Assembly (NCBI GenBank): GCA_951406725.2
Contig: OX597815.1
Span: 28,520,001-28,584,000 of the forward strand
DNA length: 64,000 nucleotides
Source: Octopus vulgaris
Lineage: Eukaryota
Reading direction: 5' to 3'
Under the pieces are notes generated by a model that saw nothing but the letters and a program-made list of their open reading frames with translations, did no database searches and had not been told where the DNA came from. The position numbers and the translations under genes are program-made. Positions 30,161 through 44,630 of the stretch are shown piece by piece. Each line of letters begins with the position of its first letter. The first letter of the stretch is position 1.

Positions 30161-31572
30161 GCAAGTCAAGGAATTTTGAGATGAGTGGAAACGTTAGAGG
30201 AGGTGATCTTGCATCAGCTGATGAAAGATTAGAATGTAACAGAGAGATAGAAAGGCAGAAACAGGTGTCTGCTATAGAGTGAATACATGGTTACTAGGCC
30301 AAGAGAGAGAGAGAGAAAGAGAGAGGGGGAAGAGAAGGAAAAGGAAAGTGGGGGTACAAGAATGAGAACAGAAACGTGTGTTGCTGTAAAGGAAAGACTT
30401 AGTTACTTTGCCAGAGGGGAGTGCAGGAGAAGACAGAGAAAGCAATCAAGAATGAGGGATGGAACAGGTGTGCTGCTGTAGAGGAGATATATAGTTATCC
30501 AACCAGAGGGAAGAGCAAGGGAAAGAGAAATAGGGAGTGGGTGACAGCAAAAGTGCAACAGAGAGCAGCAGAGAGGTAGTGGTGAAGTGCCAGGATATGT
30601 ACACAAGCAATGGAATTCAGTGCATAGATGGGATGACAAAGTAAGGAAGAGAGATAAATGGGAGCAAGTGCCAGGACATGCATTCAAGGTACAGAGACAT
30701 AACATATGTGGCCAGGTATTGCCAAGAAGGTGTGAGTAGGGAATAGGGTGGGGAATGCAGTGGCTGGTGGGAACCTGGAAATAAAGAGAGGGATGGGGAA
30801 AGTAGCGATACTGTGAGCAGGGCACTGAAGGCAAGGATGGGGAGTGGAAGAAAATCATAGTGTATGAAGAGGAACTATGAGAAATAAAAGTGATGCAGTT
30901 TAGGAGATGAGATGTAGTTTGGATTCTAGGGGTAGGGTACGTGGAAACTTTGTTGTTATCTGTGGGTGGGACATAATGCTTCTAGCACTGAGTTACACTG
31001 TGTATAAAAGAAAATTGAATGAATGGCTCAAAACATCATTACACACATCTCAACAGTGTGATTATTTATTATTGGTGCGAAGTACATTACTTAATGTTAT
31101 ATAATTTCTCTTTGTTGCTGAATGATCCCATTTCATCAGGTGATACTGGGTAAACTGTAGTCAAATCTATATGGATAAAGACCTTAATCCCCAGAGATTG
31201 ATTGTATTTCATGGAATGGTGGCTGAATATCAGCTTGTTAAATGGGGTTGTTATGTGACAATGCAGAATTATGAATTGTTATATAATGTACTTTATATTT
31301 GTCATAAAGAAACATGCTATCGAGATACATGTGATATGCTGAGCTTCCCATTCTTTTTTATTTAGAAAATTATGCATTTTGCAATATGTACCAATTATAC
31401 CATTAATACATATATGGAGTTACAGAATGCCTAAGACCAGTAGACAACTGTCTGACTGTATATGGACTCTACACTTATCAATTTAAATGTTGTAGTATCT
31501 AAAATCAAAAAATATATCTACTACGTTAAAGAAATCATAAAATTTATTTATATATTTCATTTTATTTTACAG

Positions 31573-31620
31573 GGAACATCTTCTATGACTCCAAAAGATG
31601 ATGACAAGGATACTGAAAAG
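31573..31620 (+). CDS. Micro-exon A12, 48 nt: GTSSMTPKDDDKDTEK
   Basis: ttttattttacag / gtaatt. Confidence 0.8.
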
Positions 31621-32852
31621 GTAATTATTTAAGATATATTAATTCGCTTGTCCTGGATTAAGAACCAGCTATTCAACCATTAGAGTGTTATGTTATCCGA
31701 GTGGATAGCGTATTAGCTCTCATTCAAGTTCTAGTTAACGGCTAATCACAACCATCAGTATCTAGTGTCTTTGTCAATATTTAGTTGTTAGTGTAACATG
31801 GTGTCACTACATTAGTCACTCTGTGAATCCTTCTGATGGTTAATTCCATGTACTCTTCACTGGATGGTAAAAATTCTCTGTAGTAATATATTAATATTAA
31901 TAAGAATAAAACGTATGGGGACTTGTAATTTATACTTATATACAACATATTATAATGACGTACACGTGTTTCTGCTTCAGCTACTACTTACTTTTGTAAA
32001 TCTAACTTTGCAATATTGTTAGTGCAGCTTCATCAGGGTTTGTTCACTTGATCATCCTTAAAGTGAACTGTTAGGATGACGAAATGGACAGACCCTGATG
32101 AAGCTGCACTCACAATATGGTATGGTTTCATTTGCAAATGAAACCTTGAGTAGCCACTGCCGCAGAAACACATGGTCATTATAATATGATGCATATAACC
32201 AAAAACATAAATCTTGTGAGTGTACATCTCACCATGCTCTTTATTATTATTCATATATTATACACACACAGAGTAAATTGTCGCTATTTTACATTTTTAA
32301 TTTCGCTTGTACATGCTTTGTTTTATATTTCGTCAACTACACAGTATAGTAGGTTCAGTTGGGCACTGTCTGTTCAGTAGGTTCAAATGGGCACCATGAC
32401 ACAATTTACTCCAACAGAAATTTGGAAACGACATGCTCTACTGCTTGGCATTCATGCCAGAACCTCCAATACCAACATTTCAGAATGTTTGGGTGTCAAT
32501 CTGAGGACAGTGCAAACTGAGATGTACCTGGATGGCTGTTGGAAGACCCTATGTCTGGCAACAGGACCCTACACCATACGCTGGAGTTGAACTAGGGACA
32601 GCTGATGATAAGGGATTTTTCCTTGTGTAGTTTGTCTTGTACTCTGTTTTTTTCGTTTAGGTCCGTTTCCACGTTTGTTTTTACGTTTTCATTTCTCGTT
32701 GAGTTCTACGTCTATTTGTGGTGTCCTGTACTCACGTATATATATTTATATATGCATGTATATATACATGTAGTTGTAGATACGTACATATATGTATGTA
32801 TGCATATATTTTATTTATTACACTATTATATATATATATATACACGTATATA

Positions 32853-33530
32853 TCTTGATAATACTAAAACTCTAGGGATGTTTGTGTGTAACTGAAATAT
32901 CTCAGAAATAGTATATTTTATCTTAATTTTTTGTACTTATTTATTTTCATACTTACGGTTGGCAGTTCAGTACAAATTTTTGTGACATGGACTTTTATTT
33001 AACCGATTAAACACAATTTCTATTATTTCTTGACCAAAAATAGATGGCTTCCATGACATCAACACACATACACAAATAGAAAGAATGTCATGGCTTGTCA
33101 ATTAACATAAACACACGTCTGCTATCTGTGATATATATATACACACACACACATAGTCTTCGCACTCTCTAAGAAAACAATACCGTCGACTTTACATACA
33201 CAATATTTTAATAATTTTAAAATATTTTTAACTGAATGTGATTTCATCATCCAGAGTATGTTAATTTTCGTAAATTTTTTTATTTATTTACTTTTGCTTT
33301 AAAGTGAAAGAGAGACAGGAAAAGAGAGAGAGAGAGAGAGAGTGTGAGTGTAGGGGTGTGTTGTACATACATCAATATATATGCATATATCTTTTTTGCA
33401 TGTATGTGTGCATGTGTGTGAGAGAGAGAGAGTGTGTGTGAGTGAGTGAGTGAACGCGTGTGTTTTCATGTATTTGTAAGTGGCACACTATCTTTCTCTC
33501 TCTCTCCTTTCTCTCTTTCTCTCTCACACG

Positions 33531-33566
<36 letters not shown>

Positions 33567-33838
33567 CATCCATTTCATATACACGTTCATGTATCTTTCA
33601 CTTTCTCCTCTCTATCACTTTAAAATAAAAGTAACAGGTGATTTTCAGGAAAAAAAAAATTGTTAAAAAAAATCTACTCAGGTAAATTGATTACTATTGT
33701 TTGGATAGTTCCAATTAAATAAATCCAGAAGTTAGGTTAAATATATATACATGCATAAGTACCATGAATTCCCATTCTACAAAATGGCAAACAATTTCGT
33801 GAATACTTTACCGGTCAACGCTGAGTAGTAAGTTTAGT
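32853..33838 (+). mobile_element. Degraded Helitron-like element
   Basis: 5' tcttgataatactaaa; 3' ccggtcaacgctgag..TTAGt resembling the other Helitron ends. Confidence 0.45.
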
Positions 33839-33846
33839 ATACATGC

Positions 33847-33939
<93 letters not shown>

Positions 33940-34089
33940 CTTTACTTTACTTTTTTTTTACTTTTTTACTTGTTTCAGTCATTTGACTGCGGCCATGCTG
34001 GAGCACCACCTTTTAGTCGAGCAAATCGACCCCGGGACTTATTCTTTGTAAGCCCAGTACTTATTCTATCGGTCTCTTTTGCCGAACCG

Positions 34090-34147
<58 letters not shown>

Positions 34148-34821
34148 GTATGTGTGCAGTAGTAGTAGTAGTAGGGAAAAATGAATGGATAGCTCATCTT
34201 ACCATTCTTTTTTGTATACATTATACACTGTGCAATATGTACTAATTATGCCATTGATACACATGGATTTACAGAATGCCTGAGACCTGTAGGCAACTGT
34301 CTGACTGTGTGGACCACAACACTGACCAATTGAAGAATCTGGAATACTTCTTTATTCTTTCAAAGCAACCTGTTAACCTAAGAGACATGGAGGTGATTTC
34401 AAGCTAATTCTTGTCTGTCTCCTGCCAAAGCTCATTCCTCCAGCGTTCTCGCCCTCACCTCGTTAAGGCTTAGCAGTCCTTTCTGTTTGTTTCACTGTCC
34501 TGATTTTTGTTACCAAATTTAACCCACTGCAAAATCCCAAATTTTATTTAATTTACTTTGTCAAAGGTGTATCTTGTCGTGAATTGCTTGAAATATGGAG
34601 TAGAAAAACAGCCAACAACTGATGAAGGGTCATTCTTTATGTTGCTTGTCTTAATTTCCATTTGTTTCTTTTGCTGTTCGCAAAAAGTTTGTATTCCATG
34701 TTTTTGTATTTCATGTTGTTTACGTTCTATGACATTCTGTACCCATATATGCATATGTATATACATATATATGTATGTACATATATGTATGTATATATGC
34801 ATATATCTATATCTACATCTA

Positions 34822-34922
<101 letters not shown>

Positions 34923-35721
34923 GCAATATTAAATCTCTGTGCAAGCAGTAAACAGTAGCAGTATGGAAACGTAAAATATAATTGCCAACTAAATGTGGCG
35001 GTCCCATCGAGGGCCAGTATTTTGCATGTAGAATGAGTTTTCATCCATAGCGCATGATTATCACACACTGATAACAGGTTACTACCCAGAAACCCGGATC
35101 TGTGTGCATCATATAAGGCTAGAGATTAGAATGATTCTCTCCCCTCACAAATACAACTCAGACAGAGACAGTGTGTCATTAGCCAGCTGGAGGAGATGTG
35201 CTCCTGGGGGCTAAAAAACATCAGTAGCATCGTCCTCTATGGGACCTCCACATTTAGTTGGCAATTATATTTTATAATTTTATAATTTTCGATTTCAGAA
35301 ACATTAGCTGCTTTTTGACAATGGATCAGGTGTGGTTAGGTGCAGGCATGGCTAGGTACACGTATGTCTATGTGGTAAGGATTTTACTTCCCAACCACAT
35401 AGTTCTAATTTCAATCCCACTGCATGGCATCTTAGGCAAGCGTTTCTCCTATTATAACCCTGGGTTAAACAAAACTTTCTGAATGGATTTGGTAGACAGA
35501 AATTGAAAGAAACCCACAATGTGTGTGTGTGTATGTGTATGTGTGTGTGTATACGTTTGTGTGTGTGTGTCTCTCCTTGACTTGACATTGTATGATAGTT
35601 GTAATATGATTGCCATTGCCATACAAGCAGTGCTCATTTATTTCCAATATTTTACAAGAACATGTCTGACCATAGGGAAATATTATCTTGCTCAGAAACA
35701 GGTGAGGGTTGGCAACAGGAG

Positions 35722-36125
35722 GGAGGGCACGCTCGACCTTTATTCTCTAGAAAAACGACGACACCGTGGTGATCTCATTCTTGCTCACAACATCATAAGC
35801 GGAAAGTGTAACCTCTCGAAAGAGCTGTTCTTCACTCCTACTCCAGAGCATCGACTGCGGGGGTCACTCCAAAAAGCTCTATTTGCGACGATTCCATCTC
35901 AATTGAAGGAGAGGGGCTTTCTCCGTCCGGGTTGCGGATCCGTGGAATAAGCTGCCGGACGAGATAGTGAAGATGCCGACGACCGCTCAGTTCAAAGTCT
36001 CCCTTGACCACAAGTGGCCTGAACTCTTTACATGAACACCACCCTGTACATAACTCCATGTCCCCCTACATGGCCTTGCTTTTTGCTTTTTGAGCCAAAA
36101 TATTAACTAAACTAACTAAACTAAC
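35722..36125 (+). mobile_element. CR1-clade LINE 3' fragment
   Basis: LDLYSLEKRRHRGDLI..WNKLP motifs; ctaa-repeat tail. Confidence 0.8.
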
Positions 36126-36344
36126 ATAAGATGTCTCAATAAACTCCGTCTGATCCATACAAGCATGGAAAAGCAGATGCTAAAATAATGACTTTGACTA
36201 CTTAATTTCAGATATCAAAAACAACTTTAATTAAATGTTTTAAAGTTAATTCATATTTTCCATAATTTGTGACCATGAAATGAACTTAATATGTATATTA
36301 CTATAATGAAATAACCCTCTGTTTTCGTTTTTGTTATTTTATAG

Positions 36345-36395
36345 GGAAAATACACGTCAGATGTATCTTATGAAGATTACTCAGACTTTGACTCG
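36345..36395 (+). CDS. Diverged micro-exon A13, 51 nt: GKYTSDVSYEDYSDFDS
   Basis: ttgttattttatag / gtaattatt; downstream flank weakly similar to A units. Confidence 0.72.
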
Positions 36396-36462
36396 GTAAT
36401 TATTCTCAACATATTGATCTGATTTTCTTGAATTGGGAAAGAAATGTATACATATATATATA

Positions 36463-36715
36463 TCATCATCATCATCATCATCATCGTTTAACGTCCGTTC
36501 TCCATGCTAGCATGGGTTGGACGGTTCGACCGGGGATCTGGGAAGCCTGAAGGCTGCACCAGGCTCCAGTCTTATCTGGCAATGTTTCTACAACTGGATG
36601 CCCTTCCTAACGCCAACCACTCCGTGAGTGTAGTGGGTGCCTTTTACGTGCCACCTGCACAGGTGCCAGGCGAGGCTGGCAACGGCCACGGTTGGATTGG
36701 TGTATTTTATGTGCC
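36463..36715 (-). mobile_element. RTE 3'-end repeat
   Basis: Family motif and (ATC)n tail. Confidence 0.82.
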
Positions 36716-36779
36716 ATATATATATAAATGGCGGTGCCCAGCATGGCCACAGCTCATGAGCTGAAACTAGAATCAATCA

Positions 36780-36825
<46 letters not shown>

Positions 36826-37070
36826 CATATGCATATATAATTGCAGCATGGAATTAAATAAGCCATTTTAAAAACACACAAAAACCGTTAGATTCACTTC
36901 AACATTTGAATTTAATTTGTCAATATATTTTCGTCGCTTTGAAATGTTGAAGTGAATCTAACGGTTTTTGTGTATTTTTAAATAGTTTATAAGCACCTTC
37001 CACACTGCAATTGTTTTTGTTTCAGCACACAATCTCAGATCAGGTCACTTGCTATGCAAGTACATCTCCG

Positions 37071-37102
<32 letters not shown>

Positions 37103-37104
<2 letters not shown>

Positions 37105-37268
37105 CGCAGGGAGTGGCTGTGTGGTAAGTAGCTTGCTAACCAACCACATGGTTCCGGGTTCAGTCCCACTGCGTGGCATCTTGGGCAAGTGTCTTCTGCT
37201 ATAGCCTCGGGCCAACCAAAGCCTTGTGAGTGGATTTGGTAGACGGAAACTGAAAGAAGCCTGTCATA

Positions 37269-37307
<39 letters not shown>

Positions 37308-37520
37308 ATGTATGTGTGTGTTTGTGTGTCTGTGTTTGTCCCCCTGGCATTGCTTGACAACTGATGCTGGTGTGTTTCTGTCCCTGTAACTTAGCGGTTC
37401 GGCAAAAGAGACCGATAGAATAAGTACTGGGCTTACAAAGAATAAGTCCCGGGGTCGATTTGCTCGACTAAAGGCAGTGCTCCAGCATGGCCGCAGTCAA
37501 ATGACTGAAACAAGTAAAAA
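37103..37520 (+). mobile_element. SINE family 2
   Basis: Near identical to other copies. Confidence 0.88.
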
Positions 37521-37532
37521 AAAATACATATC

Positions 37533-37572
<40 letters not shown>

Positions 37573-39535
37573 AAATATGAATTGGAGATAAAACCACTAT
37601 TAGGCAACTCAAACAGTGATAGACATAAACCAATACATAAATAATAAATAATACAAATATAATTAATGTAATATATAATAAATAAATTTTTTTTTCAAAA
37701 AGTATAAAAAGAATGATAAATATAATATAATAAGTAAAAACACTACGTACGTTTCATGCTATAATTAAATTCGAATTACAATTAAGTTTAAATTCAAACT
37801 AAAATTATAGTCAATCTTCAGGTTAATGATAATAGTTAAATAAATAAGCAAATAGAGTTAAACAAAATTTTTTAAGAAATAAATAAAATAATAATTTTTC
37901 TTATAAAAAACTCCATTATCTAAATTGGAAACTTAAAACATTAGGATTATGTCATACAACCCATTTATTATGTTAAATATTTATTTTTAAGGTAAAAAAA
38001 TAGATAGAAATATGTATTTATCTATGAAGATATAATATGGCTTAAAAAAACATAATAAACTCACGAATATCCTAAACTCAGTTATAGTCCAATATTTAAT
38101 TACCAAATTTAACAAAATAATCTCTATTCATATTTTTAGATTTAAGTTCACATCTACTAATTATTTAAAAATGACTAAATTATTATCAACAAATATAGTA
38201 ATTAAAATCTAAAATTTACTCTATCAATAAATATATAGACATATAATGAAAAATAAATAAATTAATTAGTCCATTATTACTTACATAAATATTAAATATC
38301 AATATAATATATTTATGAAATACATTAAAAAATTAAATATTAAAAATCAAATTATAAATGTATAACCTATCTTAAAAGAACCGTATAACTATTTTACAAT
38401 CTATATATCTCGTTGGCTAAGTAATATCTTACAAATAAAGTACAGTTATAATCTAATAATTAAATATATATCATCAACAACTAAATAATTATAGAATCAA
38501 ATTAACAATCAGTAGTTATATAATATACAATACAATACAATAAAACTTATTAAAATATCATTAAAAATCTTAGATAGAAAAGGCTTACTTAGCTTTCAAA
38601 AACCGTGTCATTAACTAAAATTTTAGAACGGAAAACGTCTTTTAAACGTTTATAAGAATACTCGTGGAAACACGTTATTAACAGAAATAGAATAAATAGA
38701 TTTTTAATGATATTTTAATAAGTTTTATTGTATCATTATTTTAATTATTTCTTTAAAAATATTATTTAACTCTATTTGCTTATTTATTTTTTCTTTTGCC
38801 CTTGTTTATAAGTTGTTTATAAATTTAACCTTTAAAGGTATCTTTTAATATGCTGGCCATTCATAGAATTTTATCGAGAAATTTTATTCTATATTAGATG
38901 TAAATATATATATATATATATGGGGGGGGGGGATGTATGTACGTATAATCATTAGGATGGGTGCGACATAATAAATCAATTTTCCCAAAGTTTTTAAAAC
39001 AATGTCAAACAAAAACTGACATTTAACAGTTAACATGGATTTACAATCTCAAAAAGTACACCATGATTCTGATAAACCCTTCCAATGGATTAAGAGGCAA
39101 TTTTGAATGTCCATTTCATATATGAATAATCATATTTAAATTATTGTAAAAATCTGAAAGGATGAATGGTAAAGGTGACCCCAGTGGCATTTGAACTCAG
39201 AAATAAAGCCAGGCTAACTACTGCTAAGCATTTTACATGGTATCAAACAATTCTGCCAATTTGCTGCCTCTGGATGCTCCCGTCAAAGACGATGTATTAG
39301 TGTTCAGCTTTTGCCAAACGATCTACACAAATGATTGGTTTATAGTGATCAAATGAATGTGTTGTACATTATCTTATTCTCTCCATCAAATCAACATTGC
39401 CTGAACAGGTGCACGGTGTACTACACATCAGGCGTCAAAGTAATCGCATAGCAACATGGATGAAGTGTTATGCTCAAGAACACAACGCACTGCCCATTCT
39501 CGGTCACGATCATGAGTGCAACACCCTAACTACCC

Positions 39536-39581
<46 letters not shown>

Positions 39582-40097
39582 CATTATTACTAAGAGGGCA
39601 GTGCATGCCATCAAAGTGACATTGGGGCAAAATATATGAAGCCCAGTATACCCAACATTACCTATCTGATAAGAGTACACCAGGCACATGCATCACAACC
39701 ATATGTGCGCAACATGGTGAACCCATATCAAAATAAACTGCTCAATACCTTGCTGGTAGGCTCAGTTAGAATTTTCTTCTGGCTCAGTAGCCCACCCCAC
39801 ACAGAAGGTCCTTGAATAAAGGTTGTTTAAGAATGTTGAATAAAACACCTACGCTTTCGGAGATGAATTATTCAAACTCTAAAGAAGTCCTCTCAACACA
39901 TGGTTATGCTGCCTACCCCCCACTTCTTCTGTACATATTCAGAGATGCATATCGTCAGCCACCAAGGGACATGCTCAACTGGTTATGGTCAAACAACTGA
40001 CAAGAAAATCTGTGGTATTGAGCAGGGTTTTTGATAACACTGCCAGTCAGTTAAGATGAGAAACCATGAGAGCCAGTGCCTGGTACTACATCAGGGC

Positions 40098-40099
<2 letters not shown>

Positions 40100-40150
<51 letters not shown>

Positions 40151-40467
40151 CTTTGTAATACAGTGTAGGTAAAAATGCACCAGAGTCTTTAGTGATCTGT
40201 CAAGTCACAAGGACCTCAGACAGATAATACTTTCCTTAGGCTGCTTTTTGCAAGACATCAGTCTTGCATGGGATTTCCAGTTGCCTTAAGAAGTTCTGAA
40301 GTTTCAATGGGATTGAGCCCAGCACTTCGATCACCATTGGTATCACTTTTATATTTTTCCCTCTCGCATTCCATATAATGTTGCCATTTCCACTTTCAAT
40401 TTGGAGTACTTGGTGATTTTTTCAACCTCTTTACTCACAACGTTCACATCATTTGGTACGGCATTTA
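40100..40467 (-). mobile_element. Dong/R4-like LINE 3' end, restriction-like endonuclease remnant
   Basis: Minus strand AVPNDVNVVSKEVEKITKY..VIPMVIEVLG..LQKAA followed by (TAA)n. Confidence 0.72.
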
Positions 40468-40470
40468 GTA

Positions 40471-40617
40471 CAGTGGTTCTCAACCTGTGATCCACAGACC
40501 CCCTAGTGGTCCACAAAGATAGTACTGGGGGTCCATGAACATGTTAAGCTGACAGACCTTTCAATATCCTGGGGTCCATAGGAAAACTCATTTGGTAGTG
40601 AAAAGTTGGAACCACTG
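40471..40617. mobile_element. hAT-type MITE
   Basis: cagtggttctcaac / gttggaaccactg TIRs; 8-bp TSD atttagta / atttagca. Confidence 0.8.
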
Positions 40618-40994
40618 ATTTAGCAGAAAGGTTTATTATTATTGAGAGGGTGTATAGCCTAGTGGTTTGGGCGTTGCACTCACAATCACTAGATTGTGAT
40701 TTCAACTCCTAGACCAGGTGGTGCATTGTATTCTTAAGCATCATGTTGTTCTGCGATCACTTCAACACTTGATGCATGGGACACAGTGCACCTGTTCAGA
40801 CAACGTCAATTTGATGGAGAAGGTGAGCTAGTGTGTGGCACGAGCATTTGATCACTATAAACAAATAATTTGTGCAGCTCGTTCGACAAAAGCTGAACTT
40901 TCATACGTCATCTTTACCAGGAGAGTCCATTATCATTATTATTATTATCATTATTATTATCATCATCATCATCATCATCATCATCATATCATTA

Positions 40995-41029
<35 letters not shown>

Positions 41030-41589
41030 GAGTGAGAGATCAGTGCATGCCATCAAAGTGACACTGGGGTAAAATATATGAAGCCCAGTATACCCATCAT
41101 GATTACCCATCTGATAAGGGTACACCAGGCACATGTATCATAACCATATGTGTGCGAAATGGTGATCTCATATCAAGATAAACAGTGCATGACCTTGCAG
41201 GTGGGGCCCAATTAGAATTTTCTTCAGGTCGAGAAACCCATTCCACTCAAAAGGTCCCTGAATAAGAGTTGTTTAAGGATGTTGAACGAAACACCCATGT
41301 TTCCAGAGGTAAATTATTCAAACCCCAAAGAATCCCTCTCAAATCATGGCTATGATGCTCCTCCACTACTTCTACTTATGATCAGAGCTGCACATATCGT
41401 CAGCCACTAAGGGACATGCTCAACTGGTTAAGGTCAAACAAGTGAGAAGCAAATCTGTGGTATTGAGCAGAATATTTGCTGTAGCCCATCTTTTATACCA
41501 AGACAAAACAATGTACATGATAACACTTCCAATCAGTTAAGATCAGAAACTGATAATTATTATTATTATTATTATTATTATTATTGTTG

Positions 41590-41990
41590 TTGTTGTTGTT
41601 GTATTTAGGAATGTTCATTTTGCCAGTTTAGCCAATAAAAGCACACGCACTATATATTTGGTTTTACTTTGCTTCAGCGTTATTGATTTTTTACATTAAT
41701 CTTAATCTTATTTCGGCCAGAGTTCTTTCGTCACACTCCTGTGACTGGATCAGTGGTCCTTTGCTTTCTTCTTTCTTATTTGTGTGTCTCTCCTTACTAA
41801 CAGTCAGCCATTTTGTACTTTGTATTCCTATTGCATGTCTTCATTTGCGCATGCGTATACCTCTATGTGTGTCTATGTTTAGTTAGTGTGTGAGGAGGGG
41901 AAGTGCCTGTAATATTTGTATCTCCTGTTTATATACGTTCGTGTAATTTGTTTATGTTTATTTTTATTTTATTCATGTTTTTACACCTAC

Positions 41991-42085
<95 letters not shown>

Positions 42086-42530
42086 ATTAATATTTTTTTA
42101 ATGTATATAGTTATTTACTTCCATTTGTTTATTTATCTGTGTATTTTATTATGTTTTTAGTTTTGTTTATATTGTCACCAGTTTATGGGGATCTTCTGTC
42201 ATATGCTGTGGTGTGTGCTAGTGTTCCATTCCAGTTTCCTATTCAGGCTAGGTTTATCTTCTATTTTGTGTGTAGCTTCCATAATTTGTCTGATTGTTGC
42301 ATCTGTTCTATGTGTGGACAAGATTTTAACTTCTATGTTGTTGAGTGAACCCCCGTGTTCCTGCTCAGCGTGTTGGTACAGAACCGATGAACTCTTTTCT
42401 TCCTTAAGTTCTCTCCAATGTTCATTTACCCACTCTCCAATGCTCCGTGCCATTTCCCCTACATATGTCATTGTCTTGTTACCGCATCATCCCTCTATAC
42501 ATCTTATACTATAGACTAAATAATATTAAT

Positions 42531-42583
<53 letters not shown>

Positions 42584-42990
42584 GTAGGTGTAAACACATG
42601 AACAAAACAAAAATAAACAAAAACAAATTACACGAACGTAAATAAACAGGAGATACAAATATTACAGGCACTTCCCCCCCACACACACATACACTAACTA
42701 TACATAGACACACATAGAGGTATACGCATGCGCAAATGAAGACACATAAAATAGGAATACAAAATACAAAATGCTGACTGTTAGTAAGAAGAGACACACA
42801 AATAAGAAAGAAGAAAGCAGGGACCACTGATGAGGTCACAGAAGTGTGACGAAAGAACTCTGGCCAAAATAAGATTAAGATTAATGTTAAAAATCAATAA
42901 CGCTGAAGCAAAGTAACACCAAATATATAGTGCGTGTGTTTCTTTGGCTAAACTGGCAAAATGACCATTCCTAAATACAACAATATGTTT
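41590..42990 (-). mobile_element. Penelope-like element: GIY-YIG remnant between inverted pseudo-LTRs
   Basis: ORF 42199-42471 TYVGEMARSI..EH..IMEA..KPSLN; ~400-bp arms 41600-41995 and 42580-42980 are reverse complements. Confidence 0.85.
42821..42865 (+). ncRNA. Minimal hammerhead ribozyme motif
   Basis: cca CTGATGA g gtcaca gaag tgtgac GAAA gaac TC tgg. Confidence 0.6.
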
Positions 42991-43071
42991 CAACACACGA
43001 TTTCACATCAAAAATCTTGCAAAACAAATATATAAACGTAACAATTATTATCATTATTATTATTATTATTA

Positions 43072-43113
<42 letters not shown>

Positions 43114-43336
43114 TATGTTTGACTTTTGCTTTATGTCTGTACAAGTTGGCTCCAAGTCTCACCCAGAGACCTCAAGAGACAACAGGTTGGAAGTTCTGTG
43201 CCATATATTTGGGCGGGGTTTTTTGGGGTTTTTTTGGTTTTGTACTAGTGAATGTCTAATACATAAAAATAAAAAATTAAAAAATTTTTTTTAAATAAAT
43301 AAAAAAAATAATAAAAAATTATTATTATTATTATTA

Positions 43337-43398
<62 letters not shown>

Positions 43399-43478
43399 GT
43401 TATTACTGTTATTATTATATGCTCATTACTTATCAAATCTAATAGAATTTTCTATTTTTATTTTATTTTATTTTATAG

Positions 43479-43520
43479 ATGAGAAGTTCAACAAGTTCAG
43501 AAATGGTAGAGTCAGAGTTT
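43479..43520 (+). CDS. Diverged micro-exon A14, 42 nt: MRSSTSSEMVESEF
   Basis: ttttattttatag acceptor; weak gtatat donor followed by an A-like flank (..ttggaaagcagctat); another gt at 43506 is also phase 0. Confidence 0.5.
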
Positions 43521-43650
43521 GTATATATTTTGCATATATTGATCTTGTTATTGGAAAGCAGCTATACATATATTTATGATCTATCATATATACAAATAAA
43601 TAAGATATATAAGATCTATCAAATGTATATAAATATATATATATATATAC

Positions 43651-43683
<33 letters not shown>

Positions 43684-44442
43684 CATGTATATACATACCA
43701 GATTTCTTTTGCATACTTATTAAATGGGATAGATACACACCAAAGGTTACTGATTTGTGACATCACAATAAGAACTGGAGGGAGAGAGAAGCAAAAGATA
43801 GTCCAGAGACTGAAGATATAGTAATTGAAACACCCCTCACCCAGGTGTAGGTTTGAAAAATTATTAGACGGTATTTATGTCGTGCAGCAAGATGAGAGAG
43901 TAACCTATAATATACAAGACAATTAGGATAATATACAACACACTCTGCTTTTTATTACTTGCTGATTTTGGGGGGGAAAGGGCAGAAGTTGTAACTTTTA
44001 CAGGTTCTTTGAGATTGTGATAGGCACAAAAAATTACTTTTTTCCATAGGCTGAAACAGCTGTAAGTGATTTTAATGATTCTAACAATTTATATTAATGT
44101 TTTTTTTTAATAACTACTTGTATTCTTATCTTAAATGTGTTGAATTATATACTGTATATATGTATGTTATTATGGTTGTAGTTTTGTTAATTAAATAAGA
44201 CAACATTCTAATATCCTATAGCTGATAAACCAACTAATGTGTTTCTACATTTTCTTATTTTTTATTTGTAATATAAATTAATGGTAAAATAATTCTTTAC
44301 CTTCACCCATTTAGTACAATAAGTGAGTTCATTGCATTGTGATTAAAAACACTTGTGTATTAATAATTTGGGTAGTATACAAACAGTATATTGGATAAGT
44401 ATTATCCATTAGAGGGTTGGATCCACGACCCCCAACTTATTT

Positions 44443-44497
<55 letters not shown>

Positions 44498-44630
44498 ATA
44501 TATATATTAATAAAAGGAATTCCAACCTTGTCTGATTTTCACGTTTTATTTACCATCTTATAATGATATAATATAAGATAAAATAATAGAATAAAATAAA
44601 ATAGTAGAATGTTAAATGTTCATTCTGATT

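Larger units (their letters stand above)
19900..31680 (+). repeat. Tandem array of ~12 duplicated ~0.7-kb intron+micro-exon units
   Basis: Motifs gtaattattaaagatatatt, ctgatgaaatgg..gtgacaatgcagaattat, catgctattgaaatgcatg and tttaaaatcaagaaatata recur in each unit. Confidence 0.92.
39590..41550. repeat. Two diverged copies of a ~0.5-kb repeat in (ATT)n tracts, 39590-40100 and 41030-41550
   Basis: Both start cagtgcatgccatcaaagtgaca and share ctcaactggtta.ggtcaaacaa. Confidence 0.8.

Noticed and set aside
30160-30990. Purine-rich stretch with a 151-aa minus ORF
   Set aside because: Low-complexity, probably TE-associated; no splice-compatible exon or recognisable motif
19900-31680. CRISPR-like reading of conserved repeats with variable short spacers
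   Set aside because: Units are ~0.7 kb, variable parts are bounded by AG/GT and in frame, no cas genes, eukaryotic context
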